Below the pieces are notes generated by a model. It did not search any database, was not told the origin of the DNA, and saw nothing but the letters and a program-made list of their open reading frames with translations. 64,000 bases of DNA from Candidatus Micrarchaeota archaeon (GTDB lineage Archaea; Micrarchaeota; Micrarchaeia; Anstonellales; Bilamarchaeaceae): positions 172,976-236,975 of the forward strand of contig JBBSVO010000006.1 of assembly GCA_038046805.1 (NCBI GenBank). The letters are read 5' to 3'. Positions 28,546 through 37,542 of this stretch are shown here, piece by piece. Position numbers and translations under genes: made by a program. Each line of letters opens with the position of its first letter. Position 1 is the first letter of the stretch.

Positions 28546-29583
28546 TTACTGCAAAATCCGTTCTTCTTCTTTATAGTCGTGGTGATGAATCGGCCTTAGC
28601 CTGAGCATTGACGGGTCAATACCATATGTGGCTTCAATTCTATCCCTAATGTTTCTATCCACTCTCGCGAGCAGGAATTGTCTTGCATTCTCGGGCCCGG
28701 AATGCCCGCATAGGCGCATTGCGTCGAAAAGCACCTGTTTTCCAGTTTCGGCTCCAAATTTGTCAAGCACTGCTAGGCATTCAAGATAAAGCATGAAATT
28801 TTCCACACAGCTGAAGGCAACTGCAGTGGCATCACCGATAATCATTCCTGCGGTTCTGTTCAAAACCCAGATTGCATTGGCACGCATTTTATCCAGTCCT
28901 GAGTTATCCGTCCCGACCAGAAATCTTACAGAGTATTTTGCAAGAAGGGAATTTACTAATAATCTCTTTAGAATCTCTGTTTCATTGTATCTTCTGGATA
29001 GCACGTTATCTTCGTACGCATATGCTGCGGATTCTTCCAATGGGTTAGTCCATGCGCCAACAGATGGTATTTTCAATCCTGCAACCATTGCATGAAATTC
29101 CTCATGAACCTTTGTTCCGAAATCACCAGAGCGCCGCACATCCGAATAAACGATTTTTCCATCATAATACACCCCAGCATTTTCGCGCAGGCATGCGAAT
29201 CCGCCATTGCCATTACCCCTTGCCTTTTCCAATTCCCCGATTGCCGTTTTTTTGGCATCTAGTCTGGGCAACCCATTTCCGAATACTGTAACTGAAGCAG
29301 TAATGACGTGCCTGTCGCATACCGTAATATCTGCCATGAACTGTCTTTTCTTTAAAGCGGGCATGCAGTTTATTGTCTGTAGTATGTTATAAAAAATAAT
29401 CGTACGATGCTGTCGCAGATGTATCGGTATCCTTTTTATTATTTCTCTTTCAAACACCTTCAGGTGATAATATGCCAAGCTGTTTAAAATGTCAGGATTC
29501 GATGCCAGATACAATGTTTTTCCCGTGTTATCTTGAGCAACAAGGGGGAACCGTATATTATTGTTGGAACTGTTATGGAACAA
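28546..29583 (-). CDS. hypothetical protein with HExxH motif
   Basis: VHEEFHAM motif. No other recognisable domain. Confidence 0.35.
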   Translation of the reverse strand: MFHNSSNNNIRFPLVAQDNTGKTLYLASNPDILNSLAYYHLKVFEREIIKRIPIHLRQHRTIIFYNILQTINCMPALKKRQFMADITVCDRHVITASVTVFGNGLPRLDAKKTAIGELEKARGNGNGGFACLRENAGVYYDGKIVYSDVRRSGDFGTKVHEEFHAMVAGLKIPSVGAWTNPLEESAAYAYEDNVLSRRYNETEILKRLLVNSLLAKYSVRFLVGTDNSGLDKMRANAIWVLNRTAGMIIGDATAVAFSCVENFMLYLECLAVLDKFGAETGKQVLFDAMRLCGHSGPENARQFLLARVDRNIRDRIEATYGIDPSMLRLRPIHHHDYKEEERILQ

Positions 29584-29625
29584 TGCTCAGCACTCACAAG
29601 GCTTTGAAAAAGTGAGTATCAGTAC

Positions 29626-30387
29626 TCATTCAAGCGCATTGTAACTATCCGTCTCAAACGTACAGTTCTTTTCGAGCGCGCCCGCGATTTCCCAGCAAAT
29701 CTTTTCCTTTATCTTCATGTAGCTCTCGCGCCCGACCTCAACATTCCCGATTGCGTAATTCTTATTTTTCACATTAAAACAGAACATTGAATTATGCACA
29801 TTCTCAACATTATGGCAGAACATTGAATTGGAACAATTCCGTGCTAAATCCATCTCCATGCATGCGGAAAGGTTTGAGGTATTGTAGCATTTCATGCAGA
29901 ATTTTGAAGACGCTACACGATAGCAACCAAATAAGGATTCCGAATCTATTGTTGAGAATGAATATGCGGCATTCCTAGTTTTGAAAATGTCAAACGATTT
30001 GTACACGTTGATGCAGTCCAGGTACTCCGTAGTCTCGGATACGTTTATGTTCGTTCCTTCCACGAAATCCGGGACGAATAATGCGTTCTGTTTGAGTTTT
30101 TCCGTTATTGTCGAGAGCGTTTCGTTCGCTCCAATTTCAATTTTTTTGTTTTCCGCTTGCTGCAAATTGTTCCATGAAACCACTTTCCCGCGCGGGATTT
30201 TTCCAAAGAATGCGTAGTTTGGGAGGTATGTGCTTCCAGTCCCGATAACCGAGCGGATGGTTTCGCCATTCGAAATCCGTGCGGAAAACCAATCCTCGAA
30301 TTTGTCAAGTGGCGAGAGTGCGGTTCCGATTATTAATCTTGTAGTAGTTCCGAACGATTTTTCCAGTTCAGGATTTGTGTTTGCCAT
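29626..30387 (-). CDS. Cys-rich repeat protein, C-module (split form)
   Basis: Homologous to the C-half of 3369..4952 (CMEMD…NSMFCFNVKNKNYAIGNVEVGRESYMKIKE). Confidence 0.55.
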   Translation of the reverse strand: MANTNPELEKSFGTTTRLIIGTALSPLDKFEDWFSARISNGETIRSVIGTGSTYLPNYAFFGKIPRGKVVSWNNLQQAENKKIEIGANETLSTITEKLKQNALFVPDFVEGTNINVSETTEYLDCINVYKSFDIFKTRNAAYSFSTIDSESLFGCYRVASSKFCMKCYNTSNLSACMEMDLARNCSNSMFCHNVENVHNSMFCFNVKNKNYAIGNVEVGRESYMKIKEKICWEIAGALEKNCTFETDSYNALE

Positions 30388-30396
30388 GATAATGCC

Positions 30397-31170
30397 TCAC
30401 GTATCCGGCCCAGCAATCTCGAACAAGGACGGAAATTTCTTATTCCGTGCGAGTTCATCCGCAATTTCCGCAATAAGTTTAGCTTTCAGTACAAGATACT
30501 TCTCTTTCGGCAATTCATTATTTCCGATTATGTTCCGCTTTGAAGTCTGATTAAATGAAAACAAAGCATCGTGACAGCTTCGGCAATTGAAAGAAAAGAA
30601 AAGGTCAGACGAATTTATGGAAAGATACGCTTCAAGGCATCGCACGGATTTGAATGTCACCTGCGTTCTTATTGCAAACCTTACTTCGCCAACAAGCATG
30701 CATCCATAAACGTTTTCGCATTCCCTTGCTCCGTAGGTATATGCGACGTTTTTCGAACGTATGACCTGGTGCGAAGCCAGTGTAAACGCAGCATCATTGC
30801 ACGCATCGCTTTGCTCAACTTCAACACAATTGCCAATATTACTATTCCCGCAATAGTAAAGCCGCTCGCTTATAGCGGAACGGATTGAATCAATATCCTT
30901 TATGTCGTTCACATTGATGGCAGGAGTCGCCTGCTTATCAATCTCGTCAAGCGAGACAAATCCCGCCTCGCGCGAGTAATATTTTCGTGATAAATACACG
31001 TCCTTTCCCGATATCGCAGACCGCATCAGAAGCGGCTTCTCAACCATTTCTGAAAGATATTCTTGACATTCCGAAAGCTGTCCGATTTCCTTTCCGAGGA
31101 GGATTTTTGCGGTAGAAAAAAATTGCGAATCGAAATCCATCTGGTGCCCCCAACAAACTACACTACTCAA
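30397..31170 (-). CDS. Cys-rich repeat protein, N-module (split form)
   Basis: Homologous to the N-half of 3369..4952 (LLGKEIGQLSECQEYLSEMVEKP…IKDIDSIRSAISERLYY…FSFNQTSKRNIIGN). Confidence 0.55.
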   Translation of the reverse strand: MSSVVCWGHQMDFDSQFFSTAKILLGKEIGQLSECQEYLSEMVEKPLLMRSAISGKDVYLSRKYYSREAGFVSLDEIDKQATPAINVNDIKDIDSIRSAISERLYYCGNSNIGNCVEVEQSDACNDAAFTLASHQVIRSKNVAYTYGARECENVYGCMLVGEVRFAIRTQVTFKSVRCLEAYLSINSSDLFFSFNCRSCHDALFSFNQTSKRNIIGNNELPKEKYLVLKAKLIAEIADELARNKKFPSLFEIAGPDT

Positions 31171-31511
31171 AATATTTTTGTTCCTACAACTGCTTCTTTT
31201 TCAGGCATCAGCAAGGCAGTTCCGTGTTTTTCAGTCCTGGCTCCTAAAACAAGCACTTCTGAAATTGCATTTGCGATCTGTTTTGGAGGAAAATTAATAA
31301 CACAGATAACCCGTCGTCCCATTAATTCCTCTTTTGAGTAATTCGTTGCCTGTGCACATGATTTTTTTATTCCAATCTCAGATCCAAAATCTATCTTTAG
31401 TCTATAGCTTGGTTTTTTTGCTTCTTGAAAATCTTCTATTTCGATTATTTTTCCAACCCTGATTTCTACTTTTTCAAAATCGTTCCAGGTTATCTGTTCT
31501 ATCTTTTCCAT
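31167..31511 (-). CDS. tRNA-binding protein (Trbp111/CsaA/EMAP-II-like OB domain)
   Basis: KIDFGSEIGIKKSCAQ…RRVICVINFPPKQIANAISEVLVLG is characteristic. 4-nt overlap with the downstream Cys-rich N-module gene. Confidence 0.7.
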   Translation of the reverse strand: MEKIEQITWNDFEKVEIRVGKIIEIEDFQEAKKPSYRLKIDFGSEIGIKKSCAQATNYSKEELMGRRVICVINFPPKQIANAISEVLVLGARTEKHGTALLMPEKEAVVGTKIF

Positions 31512-31771
31512 ACTCTATCACGTCCATTTTACTTATTTTAACTTTTCATAAAAAAAATCCTACAAAATTAGAAAGATTTATATACTTTATAGTATTATGT
31601 TGAAATGGAAAGGCAAGGAGCCGAGGTCCTCCCAAAGGAAATTCATCTCCCCCTCGGCGACCTTCCTCCCCAAGTTGCGTTTCCAGTTTTGAGTTTCGCG
31701 TCTCGCGTAACGATGCGGGATACAAAACGCTAAACGCAAGACCCAAGACGCTGGGTCCAAGACAATAGTGC

Positions 31772-32782
31772 GTGGCGACCAAGATGCAGAAAGAAGGCGA
31801 AGATGGACCAGTAAAGTTGGATAGGTTGGACTACCAAATCCTCTATGAGTTGGACTGCGACGGGTTCCAATCATTGTCAAAAATCGGAAAGAAGCTGCGC
31901 GCAGGCAGGGACGTGATGCATTACCGCGTAAAACGTCTTGAAGAACTCGGAATAATAAAAAAATACGTTCCGATTATTGATTACGGAAAGATGGGTTACA
32001 CAGCCGGTGCAGTGTATATCAAATTCCATCACGACACTCCCGAGCTTCGGGCGGAAATCATAGAATACTACAAAAACAATAACGATGTCTGGTGGCTTTT
32101 CGACATGACGCCGAACTTTGATATTGCGTTCGGATGGTTTGGCAAGAGTCTCGCGGAACTCACCGACAAACGAATCGAGCTGCTCCGCAAATACAGAAAA
32201 TATTTCCGGGAATTTAAATTCCGCATTTACAACTGCCATCATCATTTCAAAAGGGATTATCTGATGCAGCCGCAAGGCAGGCGGGACGCCCGCACTTTGC
32301 CATCGGTTGTCGTTTCCGCAGGAACCGAAAAAATCACGGACGAAACTGATGATAAAATCCTGAAAATCCTTTCCGAAAACGCGCGGCTCCCATACACGGA
32401 AATCGCAAATAAGCTAGAACTCTCCGCAGCACAAGTTCATTATCGCATCCAGAATCTAAAATCAAAAAAAATCCTGCTGGGTGCAAAACCAATGCTTGAT
32501 TTGCAAAAACTGGGGCACGGGCTTTTCAAACTGGACATTTACCTGGATGATTATTCAATCTACGAAGACCTGAGAAAATTCGTTTTCTCGCTTCCAAATG
32601 CCGTCTATGCTTATGACGTAATAGGAGGCGCAGATATAGAGCTTGATTTTGAAGTCAAAAATTTCCCAGAACTTTCGCAGATTCAGGACATCATCAAATC
32701 AAAATTCGGAAAGTCAATCAGCCATATGGAATATTATCATTTCCCGAAAGAGTATAAGCTGGGCTATTTCCCGGGGATATAA
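31772..32782 (+). CDS. tandem (duplicated) Lrp/AsnC-family transcriptional regulator
   Basis: Two HTH_AsnC modules (LDYQILYELDCDG… and DKILKILSENARLPYTEIANKL…). Confidence 0.7.
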   Translation: MATKMQKEGEDGPVKLDRLDYQILYELDCDGFQSLSKIGKKLRAGRDVMHYRVKRLEELGIIKKYVPIIDYGKMGYTAGAVYIKFHHDTPELRAEIIEYYKNNNDVWWLFDMTPNFDIAFGWFGKSLAELTDKRIELLRKYRKYFREFKFRIYNCHHHFKRDYLMQPQGRRDARTLPSVVVSAGTEKITDETDDKILKILSENARLPYTEIANKLELSAAQVHYRIQNLKSKKILLGAKPMLDLQKLGHGLFKLDIYLDDYSIYEDLRKFVFSLPNAVYAYDVIGGADIELDFEVKNFPELSQIQDIIKSKFGKSISHMEYYHFPKEYKLGYFPGI

Positions 32783-32809
32783 CTAAATTTTATCCCTACA
32801 ATCTGTGTA

Positions 32810-34576
32810 TCACGCCGGCATTCTCGCACCGTTTCTCCTATCTAGGCCAGAACCTCTTCCGGAATCCATATGTTTTCTTCCCATCGAAGCAGTTTTTGTA
32901 TTACTAATATTGTGCACGATTGTTGCTATCCTTCGAATAGTTGCATTCTCACCGGAAATAAATCCACGCATTTTTTTCCTTACTTCTTCATCCCCGCGTG
33001 CCAACTTTATCATGTGTTCAGTAATAAGACCTTCCAATTCTGGTTTTGCCCCAACATATTCTGCAATCCCATCCATCACATCTCTTTTGCACGGGCCGAG
33101 AAATCCGAATAGTTCCATTGCTATGGAGTGCATTGCCGTATCTGCAATGTTCCCGCCGCCTTCCAGCATCTTGTCAAACAGTTCGCGTACCCCCGGCCTT
33201 CTTTTGAACGAAATTGCGACTGCCATCCTCGTTATCACTAATTCTGCTGTTTTATTCGTAATTTGTTGATTCACAAATTGTGGGTTTGAGACTGAGGCCT
33301 CACTGCTTGCTAGGCATGTTGTTTGGTTACGTTGTTCAAGTGTTCGTATCACTTTTTCGGCAAATGCAACAGCTCTCCATCTTTTTTCCGGGTCGTTTTT
33401 TCCAAGGCGGTATTCTATCCCAGATGTTGCTGCCCTCCAGTGCGGTCCTTCCAATACCTGTGCAGTAATACTGATTAGTGCATCATTAGCTGGCGTATCC
33501 TTGTCTGGTTCAAATCTCTTTGCACATTCCCTTGCTGCGTGAAAAGTTTCTCTAGACCCCATTGTAATCTCTTTTATTGCGTCCTTACATCTCTGGTTAT
33601 ACCCTCTTTTCTGGGCAAGTTCCATTAGGTTGGCCAGGCATTCAACGCCGAAAGTGCTGTTGAATGTAATTTCTATGTACATCTCCTGGCCACGTCGGGA
33701 AATACACTCATCAACAGCCCATATTAATTCGCCAATGTTTTCGGACGCCTTTTTCATGAATTCGGCATCTTCCTTTCTGTTCCTTCCTTTTACAATCCCT
33801 GCCAGAACCGTTTTGACGTGGGGATATGAACGGTCGTCTGCAATCGCATGCTTAATGAATTTCCATATGGGCCAGAATTCCGGAATTCTGGTACCGAGCA
33901 TAACAAGCAGTTCTGCACCGCGTTTCTGTTCCTCTCCATTGGCCAATGAGCGGACCAGAGATTTTATAAAAACAGCGCGCTCGTCAGGTGGAATAGAGCA
34001 CACAATATTAATTGCGGTTTTTGTGAATTGTTCTGTGCATGTTGGTCTGAAAAGCACTGCATTCAGACTGCCACAGATACCGATCGCCATTTTTTTATCT
34101 GCATTTGCAAGTGAAACAAGCGCCCTTTCTGCATCCAACAATGTTTTTCCTTCCACTCTTGCTGCAACCTCAACTGCGTTCACAGCAACTTTTTTAGGAT
34201 AATCTCTAACAAGTCGCACAATGAAACTCTCGCAGAACAATCTTAGCCTGGTCCGTCCGGTTTCATTTGCTCCCCCCTCTTGTAAATGTTCAATGGATTT
34301 TTCAAATATCACTTCGGTCAATGTATCCGGGTCTAATACTCCACTCTTTCTTATCTGCTCTTCCAGTTCAATAAGCTCTCTGAGAAATCCGTCCAAACAG
34401 GTTGCAAATACTTCGGTTTTATCGACTTCAAAATAAACAGGTTTGAGCCATTCGGTCACAGTAGTCGTTATAAGTTTTTTTCCAGAACGTATTTCTGTGA
34501 ATAATCTATATGTAAGTCCGTCAGTAAATATTCTCGCACATATGCGTGCCTGTTCCAGTTCTGCTTCGGTATACAT
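32810..34576 (-). CDS. large alpha-helical hypothetical protein
   Basis: 588-aa ORF. Local GC is higher than the surroundings. Confidence 0.4.
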   Translation of the reverse strand: MYTEAELEQARICARIFTDGLTYRLFTEIRSGKKLITTTVTEWLKPVYFEVDKTEVFATCLDGFLRELIELEEQIRKSGVLDPDTLTEVIFEKSIEHLQEGGANETGRTRLRLFCESFIVRLVRDYPKKVAVNAVEVAARVEGKTLLDAERALVSLANADKKMAIGICGSLNAVLFRPTCTEQFTKTAINIVCSIPPDERAVFIKSLVRSLANGEEQKRGAELLVMLGTRIPEFWPIWKFIKHAIADDRSYPHVKTVLAGIVKGRNRKEDAEFMKKASENIGELIWAVDECISRRGQEMYIEITFNSTFGVECLANLMELAQKRGYNQRCKDAIKEITMGSRETFHAARECAKRFEPDKDTPANDALISITAQVLEGPHWRAATSGIEYRLGKNDPEKRWRAVAFAEKVIRTLEQRNQTTCLASSEASVSNPQFVNQQITNKTAELVITRMAVAISFKRRPGVRELFDKMLEGGGNIADTAMHSIAMELFGFLGPCKRDVMDGIAEYVGAKPELEGLITEHMIKLARGDEEVRKKMRGFISGENATIRRIATIVHNISNTKTASMGRKHMDSGRGSGLDRRNGARMPA

Positions 34577-34633
34577 ACATCACATTATCTGGTCGGTTGT
34601 ATTTTTATAAGTTTGGTGGGCCGTTTCTTTTGT

Positions 34634-34667
34634 CAATTTCCTCGTTTCGGAGGGTTTTTAAATTGTT
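34634..34667. promoter_or_regulatory. shared promoter/operator motif copy 1 (AATTCCTCGTTTCRG..GGTTTTTAAATTGTT)
   Basis: Near-identical 34-nt sequence at 35649..35682. Contains the TATA-like TTTTTAAAT. Confidence 0.35.
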
Positions 34668-34829
34668 TCTACGAATGTATATTTGTGGCATCTATTATAG
34701 GATGAATTAGCAATATCCCGAGACAAGAATGTTTTCTCGTCTCGATCTATACTGAACCAACGATATAAAACCAAAAATCGTAAATCGGAATTACATACTT
34801 GGTTCAGTATATAAGATGAATTAACAAGG

Positions 34830-35639
34830 TTGATACACATGACACTTCAGGCTGGATGTAATGTCCGTAAGTTAGAAGACTGCTCGGTGTTGATTACTAT
34901 GGGCAATGTCCCTGGTGGTTCAGTGCTTGCCGTTACGCTTGAAAAACAGAATCTGAAAGCATTTCTGCATTTTGTTTCCTGCAAACAAATCCGTGCAGCT
35001 GCGAATCTTTTGGCTTCGGTGTATTCCATTTCACCTGGGAACTCTCTGGTTTTTGTAGATATATTTGTGAATTCTGCTGTTGGAAAACAAATGATTTCTG
35101 AATTTAATTCTTCAAGTGCCTTGCCTGCGTCTCAACAAATGCTCGAATCACCGCGCAAACCACATTTGCAATCAGTATCCCTTACCCATGACGGCGGAAT
35201 CCAAATAACTACAAAAAATGGCGGTTTGGATATGAAGCAGGATTTGTTGAATCGCATTTTATCTGCGTATGTACATAACGGGGAGCAAGCTATGACAGAT
35301 GAGCTTGTAAACGGGATGCGAGGGCTAAACAGGGATTTTGCAACAAAATGTGTTCGTGCGTTTCTTGAGTCTGAAGTTGGCAGGGGTCTGGTCCGCAATC
35401 ACAATCCCAAGGACACGCAGACAGGTGGCCAGAAGCCCAGAACAGGAAGGCACTTGGACTTTACCACGTGGACCGTCATATTATTCGCAGCCGCATCTAT
35501 GGGTGTAGGTTCACTAAGCCATTTATCCGAACGCGATGATCGGATTGTAAGAACAAGAGAAATGGTGGCAAGATTTTGCGGAAAAGCAGAACAAGGCGCA
35601 ACTCGCCCGGCGGTCAACACCCGTCGGCTATTTTACTGA
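34830..35639 (+). CDS. hypothetical protein
   Basis: ORF only. Confidence 0.35.
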   Translation: MIHMTLQAGCNVRKLEDCSVLITMGNVPGGSVLAVTLEKQNLKAFLHFVSCKQIRAAANLLASVYSISPGNSLVFVDIFVNSAVGKQMISEFNSSSALPASQQMLESPRKPHLQSVSLTHDGGIQITTKNGGLDMKQDLLNRILSAYVHNGEQAMTDELVNGMRGLNRDFATKCVRAFLESEVGRGLVRNHNPKDTQTGGQKPRTGRHLDFTTWTVILFAAASMGVGSLSHLSERDDRIVRTREMVARFCGKAEQGATRPAVNTRRLFY

Positions 35640-35648
35640 TTTTTTTGG

Positions 35649-35682
35649 CAAATTCCTCGTTTCAGCAGGTTTTTAAATTGTT
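35649..35682. promoter_or_regulatory. shared promoter/operator motif copy 2, ~20 nt upstream of FHA gene
   Basis: Matches 34634..34667. Confidence 0.35.
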
Positions 35683-35699
35683 GTGGTCAGTATATATAC

Positions 35700-36212
35700 A
35701 TGGCTTTTGTTCTTAGGGTCTTTGATAGGGGTCATTCTATTACAGTATTTACTAAAAGCCCAGATCTAAGTAGTTTTAAGGATTTGGATCCTTCAAAAAG
35801 AAAAATTTTGGAAGATCATACTTTAATGCATTTAAATAGGGATTATGAGATCCCACACAGCAACTTTTCTATTGGCAGGAGTAGTTACAGGCATTCATTG
35901 GGAAAAGGATGCATCCTGCCCAATATTGCACTTGATGATGATGCCGTATCTCGATGGCACGGAACTTTTCATATTAGAGACGGTTCTGTTTTCTACGAGG
36001 ATCACAGCAGCAATGGTACTCTAGTCGATGGGAAGTGGATCGATCATCGCATTGCGCAACTCAAAGTTGGCGCAGTCCTAGAGTTGGGAAGTAGCCTTGG
36101 GAGTAATCCAAGATTTATGCTCATACTTCTCGAATTAAAGCAGGCCTCAGGTTATCTTGATCTTGGTCCGGTAGATCCCCGCTTTATTACTAATCCCGGA
36201 ATGACGGTATAA
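35700..36212 (+). CDS. FHA-domain protein
   Basis: VSRWHGTFHIRDGSVFYEDHSSNGTLVDG forkhead-associated motif. Confidence 0.6.
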   Translation: MAFVLRVFDRGHSITVFTKSPDLSSFKDLDPSKRKILEDHTLMHLNRDYEIPHSNFSIGRSSYRHSLGKGCILPNIALDDDAVSRWHGTFHIRDGSVFYEDHSSNGTLVDGKWIDHRIAQLKVGAVLELGSSLGSNPRFMLILLELKQASGYLDLGPVDPRFITNPGMTV

Positions 36213-36324
36213 TCTGGTTTAGTATATCCGCAATCCGAAACGCGGAACAACAAACGCAAAGTCCAAGCCCCTAGACTCTAAATCCCTTTTAAATTCTACG
36301 TCTTCTAATTCATCACTGATATTT

Positions 36325-37248
36325 ATGATGCAAATAACCTTTATCGGAACAGGCGGTTCTGCTCCAACTCCATCACGTGGTTTACCCGCAATAGCGATCC
36401 ATGCAAAGGAACTCATGCTTTTTGACTGCGGCGAGGGAACCCAGCGTCAGATGATGCGATATAAAGTCGGCTATGGTTCAGTGCGTGCAATTTTCATCTC
36501 TCATATGCACCTTGACCATTATCTCGGAATTTTCGGGCTTCTTGAAACACTGAGAATGAATTCTCCCTCACCAAAGCCACTTCACATTTTCGCTCCAGCG
36601 GCATTCTATGAAAAATTTTTGGCAATCAGCGGTTACAAAGCGGCAAACTACAAATTTGTTGAAATACATTCAATTCGCGTCGACGGTTCGAATTCGGAAA
36701 GTAAAATTTACGAAAATGATGAATTCGAAGTCAGTGCGTTTCCGGTAGAGCACGGAATGCGGGATGCGTTTGGTTTCATAATAAAAGAAAAGGACAAGAT
36801 AAAATTCCACGAAGAAAAAGCACACGGACTCGGATTAAAAGGAAAATTATTCCGCACGATTCAGGACAAGGGTGAGGTCACGGTTGGCGGAAAGAAAATC
36901 AGACTCAAGGAGGTTAGTTGGGTAAAAGAAGGCGCAAGGATAGTTTACACTGGAGACACAACCTCCTCAAAATCCGTAGCCTCTGCGGCAAAGGGAGCTG
37001 CCCTTCTTATCCACGACGCTACTTTTTCATCCGAATCCAATGCCTCCGAAACTGAAAAGCGGGAGCATTCCTCTGCAAAGGATGCTGCAGAAATCGCAAA
37101 AAAAGCTGGAGTAACTCAGCTTGTCCTCACGCATATAAGTGCGAGATATTCTGAAAAAGAAGACAAAACCAGGCTTTTGGAAGAAGCAAAAGCGGTTTTT
37201 TCATCAACAATCCTTGCGGAAGACGGTTTGGTAGTTGATGTAAAATAA
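36325..37248 (+). CDS. rnz: ribonuclease Z (tRNase Z)
   Basis: ITFIGTGGSAPT…HMHLDHYLG metallo-beta-lactamase motifs. Confidence 0.85.
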   Translation: MMQITFIGTGGSAPTPSRGLPAIAIHAKELMLFDCGEGTQRQMMRYKVGYGSVRAIFISHMHLDHYLGIFGLLETLRMNSPSPKPLHIFAPAAFYEKFLAISGYKAANYKFVEIHSIRVDGSNSESKIYENDEFEVSAFPVEHGMRDAFGFIIKEKDKIKFHEEKAHGLGLKGKLFRTIQDKGEVTVGGKKIRLKEVSWVKEGARIVYTGDTTSSKSVASAAKGAALLIHDATFSSESNASETEKREHSSAKDAAEIAKKAGVTQLVLTHISARYSEKEDKTRLLEEAKAVFSSTILAEDGLVVDVK

Positions 37249-37317
37249 AGAGATTTTATGACGTTATCTTCGTCCATTCACGAAGTCTATCTCCGTTTAG
37301 TGTCGAATCCCATTGGT

Positions 37318-37542
37318 CTTTTTATAAACCACTGTTTATAATACCACAGAACCTTTTTAAATGTTGTGTTGAACACTCTCTCTAATCCCGTTAGAAGTTA
37401 TTCTCTAGCGGAACCGAGAGGGATCTTTCCTTTCGGGTATGGGGCCTGTGGCGGGAAAAAACCTAGGATCCCGTCGCGAAAAACCGCCGTTAAAAATTTT
37501 AATTCGGCTCCACAAAGGCGGTTAAAAAATTGAGGTGAAAGA
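37318..37542 (+). promoter_or_regulatory. TATA-like box (TTTTTATAAA) and long GC-rich structured leader upstream of S-layer gene
   Basis: Inverted repeats (GGATC…GATCC; AACCGCC…GGCGGTT). ORF 37398..37838 (-) here is judged spurious. Confidence 0.3.

Noticed and set aside
31546-31880. Minus-strand ORFs 31546-31782 and 31587-31880 in the repeat-bearing intergenic region
   Set aside because: They overlap the Lrp gene start and the intron-like repeat. Translations are Arg/Pro-rich.
33630-34202. 190-aa plus ORF antisense to the 588-aa gene
   Set aside because: Shadow ORF in a higher-GC region.
37260-37540. Considered SRP RNA or another structured ncRNA between rnz and the S-layer gene
   Set aside because: No conserved SRP helix-8 or RNase P motifs recognised. 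More parsimonious as promoter plus 5' leader.
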